A stretch of 64,000 bases of DNA, from positions 448,001 to 512,000 of the forward strand of contig OY759726.1 of assembly GCA_963662625.1 (NCBI GenBank). Direction: 5' to 3'. How positions within the stretch are numbered: position 1 is the first letter of the stretch; each line of letters begins with the position of its first letter. The notes under the pieces are model-generated. The model saw only the letters and a list, made by a program, of their open reading frames with translations, made no database searches and was not told where the DNA came from. Both the position numbers and the translations under genes were made by a program. Positions 19,789-28,445 of the stretch are shown here, in pieces. The stretch comes from Nitrosopumilus sp. GTDB lineage: Archaea > Thermoproteota > Nitrososphaeria > Nitrososphaerales > Nitrosopumilaceae.

Positions 19789-21688
19789 GTTCCAGTATCT
19801 CCCTCCTGTCAGCGGTATTGCTTAATATTTTTTTCAGGGACGCGTGGATCTCCGTGCTCGTCATCCCGCGCCCAGTGTACTTTAGGATGTAGTAGTCGAT
19901 GTCCCTCAGGACGTTCTGCTTGAAGATCGCCCCCATCTGGGCGGAGTAGTTGGCCTCCACGTCTATCAGTACCCTCGCGTCCTTCAGGAGGGACCTGACG
20001 TACTCGGCCGGGAACGGGTGGAGGAGCTTCAGCTGCACGAACCCGACGCGGATCCCCTCATCCTCCAGCATGGCCAGGGCGTCGAGTATGGGGCCCTTGG
20101 TGGAGCCCCACGACACTATGGTGAACTCGCTGACCCCGAAGGACACGGCCTGCTCGCGCTCCGGGATGTTCCGCAGCGCCAGGTCCAGCCTGGACATCCT
20201 CTTGTCCATCATCGTGATCCTCACCTGCGGATCCTCCGTGATGTGGCCGTACTCGTCGGACTCGTCACCGGTGTTCCAGAAGACCCCGTTGTCCATCCCC
20301 AGCCTGGATCGCGGGGATATCCCGTCCTCGGAGGGCGCAAACCTCCTGTAGTCCCCCTCGACCCTGTCCAGCAGCTTCCCCCTGTCGATCGTGATCTTCT
20401 GGGGGTCGAGCATCCTGCACGTGATGACGGAGCTCGAAAGGAACTTGTCCATCATGTGGATGACTGGGATCTGGTACACGTCGGAGTAGTTGAAGCACCG
20501 CCCGGTGTCGTAAAAGCTCTCCTCTATGTCGCCGGACGCGTAGACGATCTTCGGAAAGTCGCCGTGCCCGGCGAACACCGTGAACAGGAGGTCGTCCTGG
20601 CCGTGCCTCGTGGGCAGGCCGGTGGACGGCCCGCTCCTCTGGTACAGCGTGATCACCACCGGCACCTCGTTGATCCCGGCCCAGCCCAGGGCCTCGGTCA
20701 TCAGCGCAAACCCGGGGCCGGAGGTGGAGGTCGACGACCGGGTGCCGGTCAGCGCGGCGCCGATCATCATGCCAATCGCTGAGATCTCGTCCTCCGTCTG
20801 TATCACGGCGGTGGATCCCGGCCTGTCGTGGCGGACGGACAGGATCTCGTTGGACTCCATGTAGATGCTCTCGTCGGACGCGGGCGTGATCGGGTAGTAC
20901 GACTGGAAGCGGCAGCCGCTCACCATCTTTCCCAGGGCGGTCCCGAAATGCCCCTGCAGCAGGACGGTGTCCGGGGCCTTCTCGGTGCCCGGCAGGCCGT
21001 ACTTGAAGTTCTCGAAGTTTGACGCGGCGTGGTCGTAGGAGTAGCCTGCCGCGTGCCTGTTGATCTCCGCGACGCGCGGCTTGTGGGAGAAGATTGAGTC
21101 GATGGAGCGGAACAGGAAGTCCGTCGGCACCCCGAGCATTCCCAGCGACAGGGACACGCCGATCACGTTGTACATCCTGACCATGCCGCGCAGCTTGGGA
21201 TCCCCGTTCTCCTTTGCGAGCGTCTCCAGGATCCCCTTGAAGGACACAGGGTAGAGCGACGCGCCCTTCTCCCTCGCGATCTCCAGCGCCCCCTCGACCG
21301 TGAACGGCTTGCCCTTGGATTCCAGGTACTCGTGGAGCCTTTCCCTGAACGGCGGGTCGAGCGTGCGGACGTCGTCGGTGGACTGCTTTGCGAGGTTCGA
21401 GTCGTAGATGATCGCGCCGTCGGGCGAGACCCCGTCGAAGTGCCTGAATATGGTCTCCGCGTCGTAGGAGACCATCATGGTGGCGTCGTTGAGGTTGGAG
21501 CGCACCTGCTTGTCCGCCACGCGCACCACGAAGTAGCTGTGCTCCCCCTTGATGTTCGAGTAAAACTCCCTCTTTCCGAACACGTGGTATCCCATCTCCG
21601 CGGACACCTTGGAGAAGATGTTCGCGCCGGACTCCACGCCGCTCCCCTGCGGCCCCCCGATCATCCACGTAAAGTCAACCGCGCTCAT
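19778..21688 (-). CDS. 2-oxoacid:ferredoxin oxidoreductase alpha subunit (fused gamma domain)
   Basis: IGGPQGSGV, YYPITPASD, QTEDEISA, TSGPGF, QRSGPSTGLPT. Confidence 0.95.
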   Translation of the reverse strand: MSAVDFTWMIGGPQGSGVESGANIFSKVSAEMGYHVFGKREFYSNIKGEHSYFVVRVADKQVRSNLNDATMMVSYDAETIFRHFDGVSPDGAIIYDSNLAKQSTDDVRTLDPPFRERLHEYLESKGKPFTVEGALEIAREKGASLYPVSFKGILETLAKENGDPKLRGMVRMYNVIGVSLSLGMLGVPTDFLFRSIDSIFSHKPRVAEINRHAAGYSYDHAASNFENFKYGLPGTEKAPDTVLLQGHFGTALGKMVSGCRFQSYYPITPASDESIYMESNEILSVRHDRPGSTAVIQTEDEISAIGMMIGAALTGTRSSTSTSGPGFALMTEALGWAGINEVPVVITLYQRSGPSTGLPTRHGQDDLLFTVFAGHGDFPKIVYASGDIEESFYDTGRCFNYSDVYQIPVIHMMDKFLSSSVITCRMLDPQKITIDRGKLLDRVEGDYRRFAPSEDGISPRSRLGMDNGVFWNTGDESDEYGHITEDPQVRITMMDKRMSRLDLALRNIPEREQAVSFGVSEFTIVSWGSTKGPILDALAMLEDEGIRVGFVQLKLLHPFPAEYVRSLLKDARVLIDVEANYSAQMGAIFKQNVLRDIDYYILKYTGRGMTSTEIHASLKKILSNTADRREILEHGA

Positions 21689-21734
21689 CCCGCGGCACCG
21701 CCCTCGCGCGTGGGAGCCGTTCGTGCCGCCAAGG

Positions 21735-21884
21735 TCATTCCCCTCCCGTGGCCGCGTCAAACAGCGCGCACTCGCACTTGTCCCTCTCGCCGCAGTAGGG
21801 GCAGACGCAGACGCACTTCTCTATCGCGTTCCCGCATTCCACGCATAACGCGAACTCCTCCTCGCTCCCCGGCTCAAAAGACAC
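21735..21884 (-). CDS. 49-aa cysteine-rich small protein (not in the ORF track)
   Basis: GTG start; MSFEPGSEEEFALCVECGNAIEKCVCVCPYCGERDKCECALFDAATGGE; TTTATA about 22 nt upstream. Confidence 0.75.
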   Translation of the reverse strand: MSFEPGSEEEFALCVECGNAIEKCVCVCPYCGERDKCECALFDAATGGE

Positions 21885-21936
21885 ACGGTACCTAAAATGA
21901 AATCGTATAAATTGTTTGGCGTGGCCCGTACTAGCA

Positions 21937-22899
21937 GTGAGGGTGTTTCTTACCAGGAGGCTGCAGGACTTTGCGATAAGGGAGCTTGAAGAGAGGTACG
22001 ATCTGGAGATCCACTCCGGCAGGATTCCCGTGCCGAAGGCAAAGCTGCTGTCGAGGATCGGGGACGTCGAGGGGCTGATCTGCCACCCCTACGACACGGT
22101 GGACCGGGAAGTGATCGACGCGGCGGGGAAGCTCAGGGTGATCAGCACGTACAGCGTGGGCTTTGACCACATCGACGTGGCGCGCGCCAGGAAGAGGGGG
22201 ATCCGCGTGGGGTACACGCCGGAGGTGCTGACCGACGCCACGGCCGACCTGGCGTTTGCTCTGATCCTGGACGTGACCAGGAGGGTGACCGAGGGCGACA
22301 GGATGATCAGGGCCGGGGAGTGGGTCCTGGACGGCGAGGGGGACGGCTATGTCGGGCACGACATGCGGTCAAGGACGCTCGGGATACTCGGCATGGGCAG
22401 GATCGGCGGGGCGGTAGCGAAAAGGGCCGGGGCGTTCGGCATGGACATAGTATACCACAACAGGCACCGCGTCGCCGAGAGCGCGGAGAGGGCCCTCGGC
22501 GCGAGATACGTGGGCCTGGAGGGGCTGATCGCGGGCAGTGACGTCATATCGATCCACGTCCCGTACACGGGGAAGACGGACGGGATGTTTGACGCCGCCG
22601 TCTTCGCCAGGATGAAGAGGACCGCGATCCTGGTAAACACGGCGCGCGGGCGGATCGTCAACGAGCGGGACCTGGTGTCGGCGCTGAGGAGGAAGGCGAT
22701 AGCGGGGGCCGGCCTGGACGTGTTTGAGACGGAGCCGATCAGGAGGAACAGCCCCCTGACAAGGATGCAAAACGTGGTCCTGGCGCCCCACATAGGGAGC
22801 TCCACCGAGGAGACGCGGGCAAAAATGGCCCGGATCACCTTGGACAACCTGCACCGGGGCATGGCAGGCAGGAGGCCGGTCTACTCGGTGGGGCGCTAG
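21937..22899 (+). CDS. D-2-hydroxyacid dehydrogenase (glyoxylate reductase-like)
   Basis: SVGFDHID, TPEVLTDATAD, GILGMGRIG, NTARG, GLDVFETEP, PHIGS. Confidence 0.92.
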   Translation: MRVFLTRRLQDFAIRELEERYDLEIHSGRIPVPKAKLLSRIGDVEGLICHPYDTVDREVIDAAGKLRVISTYSVGFDHIDVARARKRGIRVGYTPEVLTDATADLAFALILDVTRRVTEGDRMIRAGEWVLDGEGDGYVGHDMRSRTLGILGMGRIGGAVAKRAGAFGMDIVYHNRHRVAESAERALGARYVGLEGLIAGSDVISIHVPYTGKTDGMFDAAVFARMKRTAILVNTARGRIVNERDLVSALRRKAIAGAGLDVFETEPIRRNSPLTRMQNVVLAPHIGSSTEETRAKMARITLDNLHRGMAGRRPVYSVGR

Positions 22900-22967
22900 G
22901 CCCGCGCACGGCGGGGACAGCGGCGAAATGTGCAGTTTTTATACCAAGGGGACAGAAGGCTAGCAGA

Positions 22968-23051
22968 TTGAAAAAGTTCAAGCACACCAATGAAGAGTTA
23001 GAGTTGGCAAAGCTGCAGACTGAAAAGGCAAAGAAGAAGAAATCGCAGTGA
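22968..23051 (+). CDS. Putative 27-aa lysine-rich small protein
   Basis: TTG start, MKKFKHTNEELELAKLQTEKAKKKKSQ; TTTTTATA at 22936-22943; T-tracts after the stop. Confidence 0.5.
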   Translation: MKKFKHTNEELELAKLQTEKAKKKKSQ

Positions 23052-23085
23052 GGTTTTTCCCCTGCCCCTCCCGGGCAGGTTTTTT

Positions 23086-23463
23086 TTAAAATTCGACCCT
23101 GGGGCCGAACTTTCGGCTCAGCCTGTCGTACGCGCCCTTCCTAGCCGGATCGAGGTTGTCTGACCCGTCATACATCCGGGTAAAGAACGCGGCTAGCACG
23201 CGCTCGTTCCCGCCGTCGAAGAACCTGACGCTGTAGCTCGTCCGACCCGGCCTTTCCTCCACGACGAACTCGGCGGACCTTACCCGCTCAGAGTCCACGT
23301 GCATGTGCGCGGGGCCGTCGTTGGAGCCGATCGTGATCCACCTGTCCTTCTGCCTGACGGCAAGCGAGTTGCTGCGGATCTCGCCCACCGCGCCGTTGCC
23401 CCTCACCACCAGCAGCACGTCGTCGACCTTTACGATCTCCGAGAGGATCTCAAGCAGCAGCAC
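23086..23463 (-). CDS. ChuX/HutX-like heme carrier family protein
   Basis: VLLVVRGNGAVGEI...HMHV......AEFV.....SYSVRFFD...VLAAFF pattern. Confidence 0.6.
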   Translation of the reverse strand: MLLLEILSEIVKVDDVLLVVRGNGAVGEIRSNSLAVRQKDRWITIGSNDGPAHMHVDSERVRSAEFVVEERPGRTSYSVRFFDGGNERVLAAFFTRMYDGSDNLDPARKGAYDRLSRKFGPRVEF

Positions 23464-23488
23464 AGTGTTGGGGGGAGCCGAAATTATT

Positions 23489-23764
23489 TCAGTCTTTCCC
23501 GGCCCCTATCCGCACAAAGTCGTCTGGGTCTGCGTTGATGCAGTCGGTGCCCACCGCCTTCAGCCTGGAAAACCCGATCCGGCCTTCGGGCACCTTCCCT
23601 GCCTCCTGCAGGGCCCGGGTCTTGCCGGACACTGCCAGCCTGTGCCTGTCGCAGGCGACCCCCACCATGTACTCGCCGTCCTCAACCACCACGGACACCA
23701 CGAACTCCGGGGGGTTCGCGCACTGCTTTCCGGACTCTACCACGGAGCACCTGTCAGGTAGCAT
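23489..23764 (-). CDS. Conserved hypothetical protein, probable Cys/His metal binding
   Basis: MLPDRCSV....CANPPEF....VGVACDRH. Confidence 0.7.
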   Translation of the reverse strand: MLPDRCSVVESGKQCANPPEFVVSVVVEDGEYMVGVACDRHRLAVSGKTRALQEAGKVPEGRIGFSRLKAVGTDCINADPDDFVRIGAGKD

Positions 23765-23789
23765 ACAGTGTGGGGGCAGGTGCCGGATA

Positions 23790-25088
23790 TTAAGATTGAT
23801 CCAGTACGGCGCCAAGGTCCCACACGGACTCCTTGCGCGATTCCGGGTAGTCCAGCAGCCCCCTTTCCCGCAGCCCGCTCACGAGGAACGCAGAGTACGC
23901 CGGCGCGCCGGTGGCCCCGGGGGAGTTGTAGTTTATGACGTGGAGGGATCCGTCGCCCTCGACCTCCAGCACGTCTGGCAGGAACCTCCCCTCGGGGGTC
24001 ACGACGGGCGAGCGTATTCCCGCGGTGCCCCTGGCCGAAAAGAACTCCGGCCTCGCCTTCGGGACGAACTTCCGGACGCGCGCTATCATGGCGGTCTTGG
24101 AGATCGAGCTCAGCCACTCCCTGGACGCAAGCGAGAGGAACTCGGGGTCATAGAGCAGCTTCAGCGCGTTGCCTGTGAGCACCTCCTTCAGTTTTGCGAC
24201 CGACGTCGCCGCGTCCCCCATGTAGCCGGAGTACACCTCGGGACCGGGCACCGGCACCGCGTTGGGCCCGACCTCCGTGCCGCCGTCGGCCTTCTTTACC
24301 CAGTGGGGATCCAGGAACGGGTACCCCTTGAACTCGGCAACCGTGTAGACGGTCGATCTCACCAGGTCCCGGTGCCCGGGATCCGCCACCCAGTACTCGC
24401 CGCGAAAGTGGAGGTCGGCGTACTCCGTGGCAAGCCCCATCATGTGCGCTATGTCCAGCGAGTTCCCCCCGGCGCAGTTGATCACGAGGCCCGCTGACGT
24501 CCCGGAGCCGTCCTCGAATGCCAGCCCGTACCCGGACCCGGACTCCTCGACGCCCGTTACGTTTCGCTTCAGGAGGAAGTCCGTCCCGTTCCGCGCCGAC
24601 TCGCCTTTCAGCGCCCCGGTGAACTCGGCGAAGCTCGTAGAGACCTCGCGGTCGCAGTAGAGCGCGGAGTGGCACCTCACGTTCGGCTCGGCCCGCGACA
24701 CCTGCCTTGCGTCCAGCAGTTCGAGGGATCCCTCCGGGATGCCGTTTTTCTGCCCCCATTCCATGTACTCCTCGAGGCTCTTGTGCTGCCCCTCGTCTAG
24801 CGCGAGCTCTAGCACGCCGGTGGTCTTCCACGGGATCCCGCGGTCTCTTGCAAGGGACTCCCACATGCCGCGGGAGACCAGGGCCGATTTCGCGAGCGTC
24901 CCCTTTGTGTCGGGATCTAGGTAAAAAGGCGAGTGGACGACCCCCGTGTTCCTGCCGCTGGCGTGCATTGCCACTGCGGGTTCCTTCTCGATCACGCACA
25001 CGCTCGCGTCAAAGAGGGTCGATATCCAGTACGAGACGCTGGTTCCCAGGATCCCGCCCCCGATTACCGCGACATCGTACTTTGGCAA
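23790..25088 (-). CDS. FAD-dependent oxidoreductase, L-2-hydroxyglutarate oxidase (LhgO)-like
   Basis: DVAVIGGGILG, HASGRNTGVVHS, INCAG, FRGEY, SPGATGA. Confidence 0.88.
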   Translation of the reverse strand: MPKYDVAVIGGGILGTSVSYWISTLFDASVCVIEKEPAVAMHASGRNTGVVHSPFYLDPDTKGTLAKSALVSRGMWESLARDRGIPWKTTGVLELALDEGQHKSLEEYMEWGQKNGIPEGSLELLDARQVSRAEPNVRCHSALYCDREVSTSFAEFTGALKGESARNGTDFLLKRNVTGVEESGSGYGLAFEDGSGTSAGLVINCAGGNSLDIAHMMGLATEYADLHFRGEYWVADPGHRDLVRSTVYTVAEFKGYPFLDPHWVKKADGGTEVGPNAVPVPGPEVYSGYMGDAATSVAKLKEVLTGNALKLLYDPEFLSLASREWLSSISKTAMIARVRKFVPKARPEFFSARGTAGIRSPVVTPEGRFLPDVLEVEGDGSLHVINYNSPGATGAPAYSAFLVSGLRERGLLDYPESRKESVWDLGAVLDQS

Positions 25089-25309
25089 CGCGTATTGTAT
25101 GCGCGCGGCGCAATTAAGGGATTGTGCGCGGGCCGGGCAGGCGGGGGGCGCCCCGGCGTGGCCCGCCTGGGCGGAGCCGGCACCCGCGCGCTGCCCCGGG
25201 CCGCGCGGGGACGCGATCGTGTGATGGGCATGAGAGGATTTGGTGCCGGGGCTTACAGGTATTGGGCTGGCGGGGAAATTATTAATTATTTGTTTGTGCA
25301 AGTAATGGC

Positions 25310-25753
25310 GTGGAAGCCGACGAGATCGACTCGAAGATCGTGAAGAACCTGCTTGTCGACGCCAGGCTGTCATCGAGGCAGCTTGCATACAGGCTGGGGC
25401 TGTCCACGGTTACCGTAATCAACAGGATAAAGAAGCTGCAGAAAAAAGGCATAATCAGGGGCTACACGGTGCGCCTTGACCACGAGCTCCTGGGGTACGA
25501 CATAACGGTGATAATCGAGATAACCGTCAGGAGGGGGAAGATGGCGGAGATCGAGGGCAAGCTGTCGGAGCACGAGAACGTCTGCGGGGTCTACGACATC
25601 ACGGGCAGCAGCGACATCATGGTGGTTGCCAAGTTCAAGACCAGGGAGGAGCTCAGCGGGTTCATCAAGGGCATCTCCAGCATACAAAACGTGGAAAACA
25701 CGATAACCCACATGGTGCTGAACACGGTGAAGGAAGACTTTAGGCTGATGTAG
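25310..25753 (+). CDS. Lrp/AsnC family transcriptional regulator
   Basis: DEID.KI...L..DAR.S...LA..LGLS..TV..RI.KL...GII.GY; YDITG..D. Confidence 0.92.
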   Translation: MEADEIDSKIVKNLLVDARLSSRQLAYRLGLSTVTVINRIKKLQKKGIIRGYTVRLDHELLGYDITVIIEITVRRGKMAEIEGKLSEHENVCGVYDITGSSDIMVVAKFKTREELSGFIKGISSIQNVENTITHMVLNTVKEDFRLM

Positions 25754-25802
25754 CAGGCGGCATCCTCCAGCCGGGCGGCGCCACGGGACACGGCCCGCTC
25801 CC

Positions 25803-26330
25803 TCACCTGGTGAATCCCTGGTCGCCTACGACGTTGATCGTCATGGTGGATTTGATCATTCCGAGCTTCCGTATCTTTTGCCCGACGATGCCCGATATGT
25901 CGTTGTAGGTCGGCGCGACGATCTTGCATATGACGTCGTGGGATCCCACAAGGCAGTCTGCCCCCGTGATTTCGGGGATCCTCTCCAGGTTTTCTGCCAC
26001 CGCGGGCTCGTCTGCCTTGCCGCACTGGATCATGACGAATGCCCGGGCCATGTGCTTCTCCAGGACATCGTCTTCCTCCTTGGTCGTCTTGCTGAACATG
26101 GGCACCCCGTCCACGGGCAGCGTCAGCGTGGAGCGGATCTGCGAGACGCTTCGGATTTTTTTGACGTCTTCCCGGATTGCCGCCTCGTCGCCTGCCTCCA
26201 GCACGGAAAGGATGTCGTACGGGCCGAACGTCCCGTATGCCGACCGGATGTTCGGGATTTGCTTGAGGTTTGCCAGCACCGAGTCGTCGGTTCCAGACTC
26301 GTTGCACAGCAGGACGTAGGCCTTAGGCAT
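25803..26330 (-). CDS. Tandem Lrp/AsnC ligand-binding (RAM) domain protein without HTH
   Basis: Two copies of the AYVLL.C...G.YDI / AFVMIQC...G.HDVI motif. Confidence 0.8.
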   Translation of the reverse strand: MPKAYVLLCNESGTDDSVLANLKQIPNIRSAYGTFGPYDILSVLEAGDEAAIREDVKKIRSVSQIRSTLTLPVDGVPMFSKTTKEEDDVLEKHMARAFVMIQCGKADEPAVAENLERIPEITGADCLVGSHDVICKIVAPTYNDISGIVGQKIRKLGMIKSTMTINVVGDQGFTR

Positions 26331-26737
26331 GGTGCCTACAGCACCGTCCGTCGACTCCCATCAATGCAGACAGGTGCCGGACGCGGCCTATATTCCTTAT
26401 GCTCCGGCATCCGCCGCACGCGGCCTCCCCGGCCATGCGCCCGGCAGCCGCGGGCCCGCCGCGCGCGCCGCCGGCCTTCCGGGCAGGGCAGGCTTGCTCC
26501 GGGCCCGCGCCATCGGTTCGCCCCGCCGGGCCGCCGCCGGCAAAGGCGCCCGAGGAAAGCCCTGGCATGACCGTGCCGGGCAGTTTGGGCGGCCCCCGAT
26601 CCCGGCGCGCGCCGCGGCGGGCCGGCGCGGGCCCTGCCAGCGTCCGCCCGGGGGCCCGCATTCACGGGGATTCAGTAGCTTGATATACGCATGAGGGCAA
26701 GTTTTTGTCAAAGTCCGCATTTTGGAAATGATGAAAG

Positions 26738-28405
26738 ATGAGATGGAAAACGCTAGAGCACAACGGGATACTGTTTCCTCCCGAATACGAATCGCAGGGA
26801 ATCAAGGTGGGGATAGGCGGGAAGGCGGTGGATCTGAACCAAGGCCAGGAGGAAATGGCGTACCAGTGGGCAAAAAAGAAGGACACCCCGTATGCCCAGG
26901 ACGCGGTGTTCCAGAAGAACTTCACCTCTGACTTTGTAGCTGCCTTGGGCGAGGGATTCGAGAAGATCAAATACGCGGAGATCGATTTTTCCGAGGCCTA
27001 CGCCGTGGTGGACAGGGAAAAGGACCGCAAGGAGATGATGACAAAGGAGGACAAGAAGGCCCTCGCCGCAGAAAGAAAGAAGCTGCGGGAGCAGCTCAAG
27101 GAGACGTACGGCAAGGCGGTCATCGACGGAAAGGAGGTGGAGGTCGCAAACTACATGGCGGAGCCCCCCGGGATCTTCATCGGGCGGGGGGATCACCCGC
27201 TGCGCGGAAGGTGGAAGCCCAGGGTCGCTGGGAAGGACGTGACGCTGAATCTCGGAAGAAAGGCCAAGGTCCCGGAGGGGGAATGGGGAAAGATCGTCCA
27301 CGACAGGGACTCGATGTGGCTGGCAAGCTGGACAGACGAGCTGACGCAAAAAAGGAAGTACGTGTGGCTGGCAGACACCGCGGGCCTCAAGCAGGAGCTG
27401 GACAAGGCAAAGTACGAGAAGGCGGTGAAGCTTGCGGGCGAGATCGGGAGGGTCAAGGACGGCATCGTGAGGGACATGAAGAGCAAGGACAAGAAAAGGA
27501 GGAAGATCGCCACCGCGTGCTACCTGATTTGCAGGACGGCTATGAGGGTGGGCGACGAGAAGGATCCCGACGAGGCAGACACGGTAGGTGCGACTACCCT
27601 GAGAAAGGAGCACGTCCGGATGAAGCCCGGCGCGATAGAGTTTGATTTCCTCGGAAAGGACAGCGTGAGGTGGCAGGAGAGCGTTCCCGTTGAGGGGGAC
27701 GACAGGCAGTTCCAGGAAAACCTGGCGGAGCTCATGCGCGACAAGAAGCCAAAGGACGAGATCTTCGACGGGGTAACCTCGAGGAACGTCAACGCGTACT
27801 ATTCTGGAATAGTGGAGGGGCTCTCGGCCAAGGTGTTCAGGACGTACCTGGCGACCACGGCGGTAAAGGACTTCCTGAAACTGCACGACGGCATCAAGGA
27901 CAGCTCCCCCACCGCGAAGATATACTATGCAAAGCTGGCCAACCTGGAGGCCGCGGTCATGTGCAACCACAAGCGGACCATCCCCAAGACGTTCGAGGGA
28001 TCCCTGCAGAAGAAGAAGGACAGCCTCAAGAAGGTGGAGGCCAGCAGGCCCTGGGCAAGCGCCGAGGAGGCGCTGGGCAGGGCCAGGAAGGCCAAGCCCA
28101 AGACTAGCAAGCAGAAGGAGAGCAGGAGAAAAAGGATGAAGGCCCTGAGGGAGAGGATCGAGAGGCACAGGGGGAAAAGGGAGGAGAGGCTGGAGAAGAT
28201 GAGGCTGCAGATAGACCTGACTGAAAAGACCAGGGACTACAACCTCGGAACGTCCCTCCGGAACTACATAGATCCCCGTGTATTCAAGGCCTGGACTGAC
28301 GAGGTGGGCGCAGAGTGGGAGAAACTCTACACTGCGGCGCTGCAGAGGAAGTTCCTCTGGGTAAGGGCCGAAAACGCCCCCTGGAGCGAGATCGGGGGGC
28401 GGTAA
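26738..28405 (+). CDS. DNA topoisomerase IB (eukaryote-like)
   Basis: WKTLEHNG..FPP.Y, EPPGIFIGRG.HP.RG, MRVGDEKD..EADTVG..TLR.EH, FDFLGKDS, AKVFRTY, CNH, GTS..NYIDPR. Confidence 0.96.
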   Translation: MRWKTLEHNGILFPPEYESQGIKVGIGGKAVDLNQGQEEMAYQWAKKKDTPYAQDAVFQKNFTSDFVAALGEGFEKIKYAEIDFSEAYAVVDREKDRKEMMTKEDKKALAAERKKLREQLKETYGKAVIDGKEVEVANYMAEPPGIFIGRGDHPLRGRWKPRVAGKDVTLNLGRKAKVPEGEWGKIVHDRDSMWLASWTDELTQKRKYVWLADTAGLKQELDKAKYEKAVKLAGEIGRVKDGIVRDMKSKDKKRRKIATACYLICRTAMRVGDEKDPDEADTVGATTLRKEHVRMKPGAIEFDFLGKDSVRWQESVPVEGDDRQFQENLAELMRDKKPKDEIFDGVTSRNVNAYYSGIVEGLSAKVFRTYLATTAVKDFLKLHDGIKDSSPTAKIYYAKLANLEAAVMCNHKRTIPKTFEGSLQKKKDSLKKVEASRPWASAEEALGRARKAKPKTSKQKESRRKRMKALRERIERHRGKREERLEKMRLQIDLTEKTRDYNLGTSLRNYIDPRVFKAWTDEVGAEWEKLYTAALQRKFLWVRAENAPWSEIGGR

Positions 28406-28445
28406 GCCCTGCCCCCCGCGCCCCCGGGCACGGCCAGGGGCGCCT

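Noticed and set aside
26738-28405. Eukaryote-like topoisomerase IB as contamination or novelty
   Set aside because: A known hallmark of Thaumarchaeota; codon usage is host-like.
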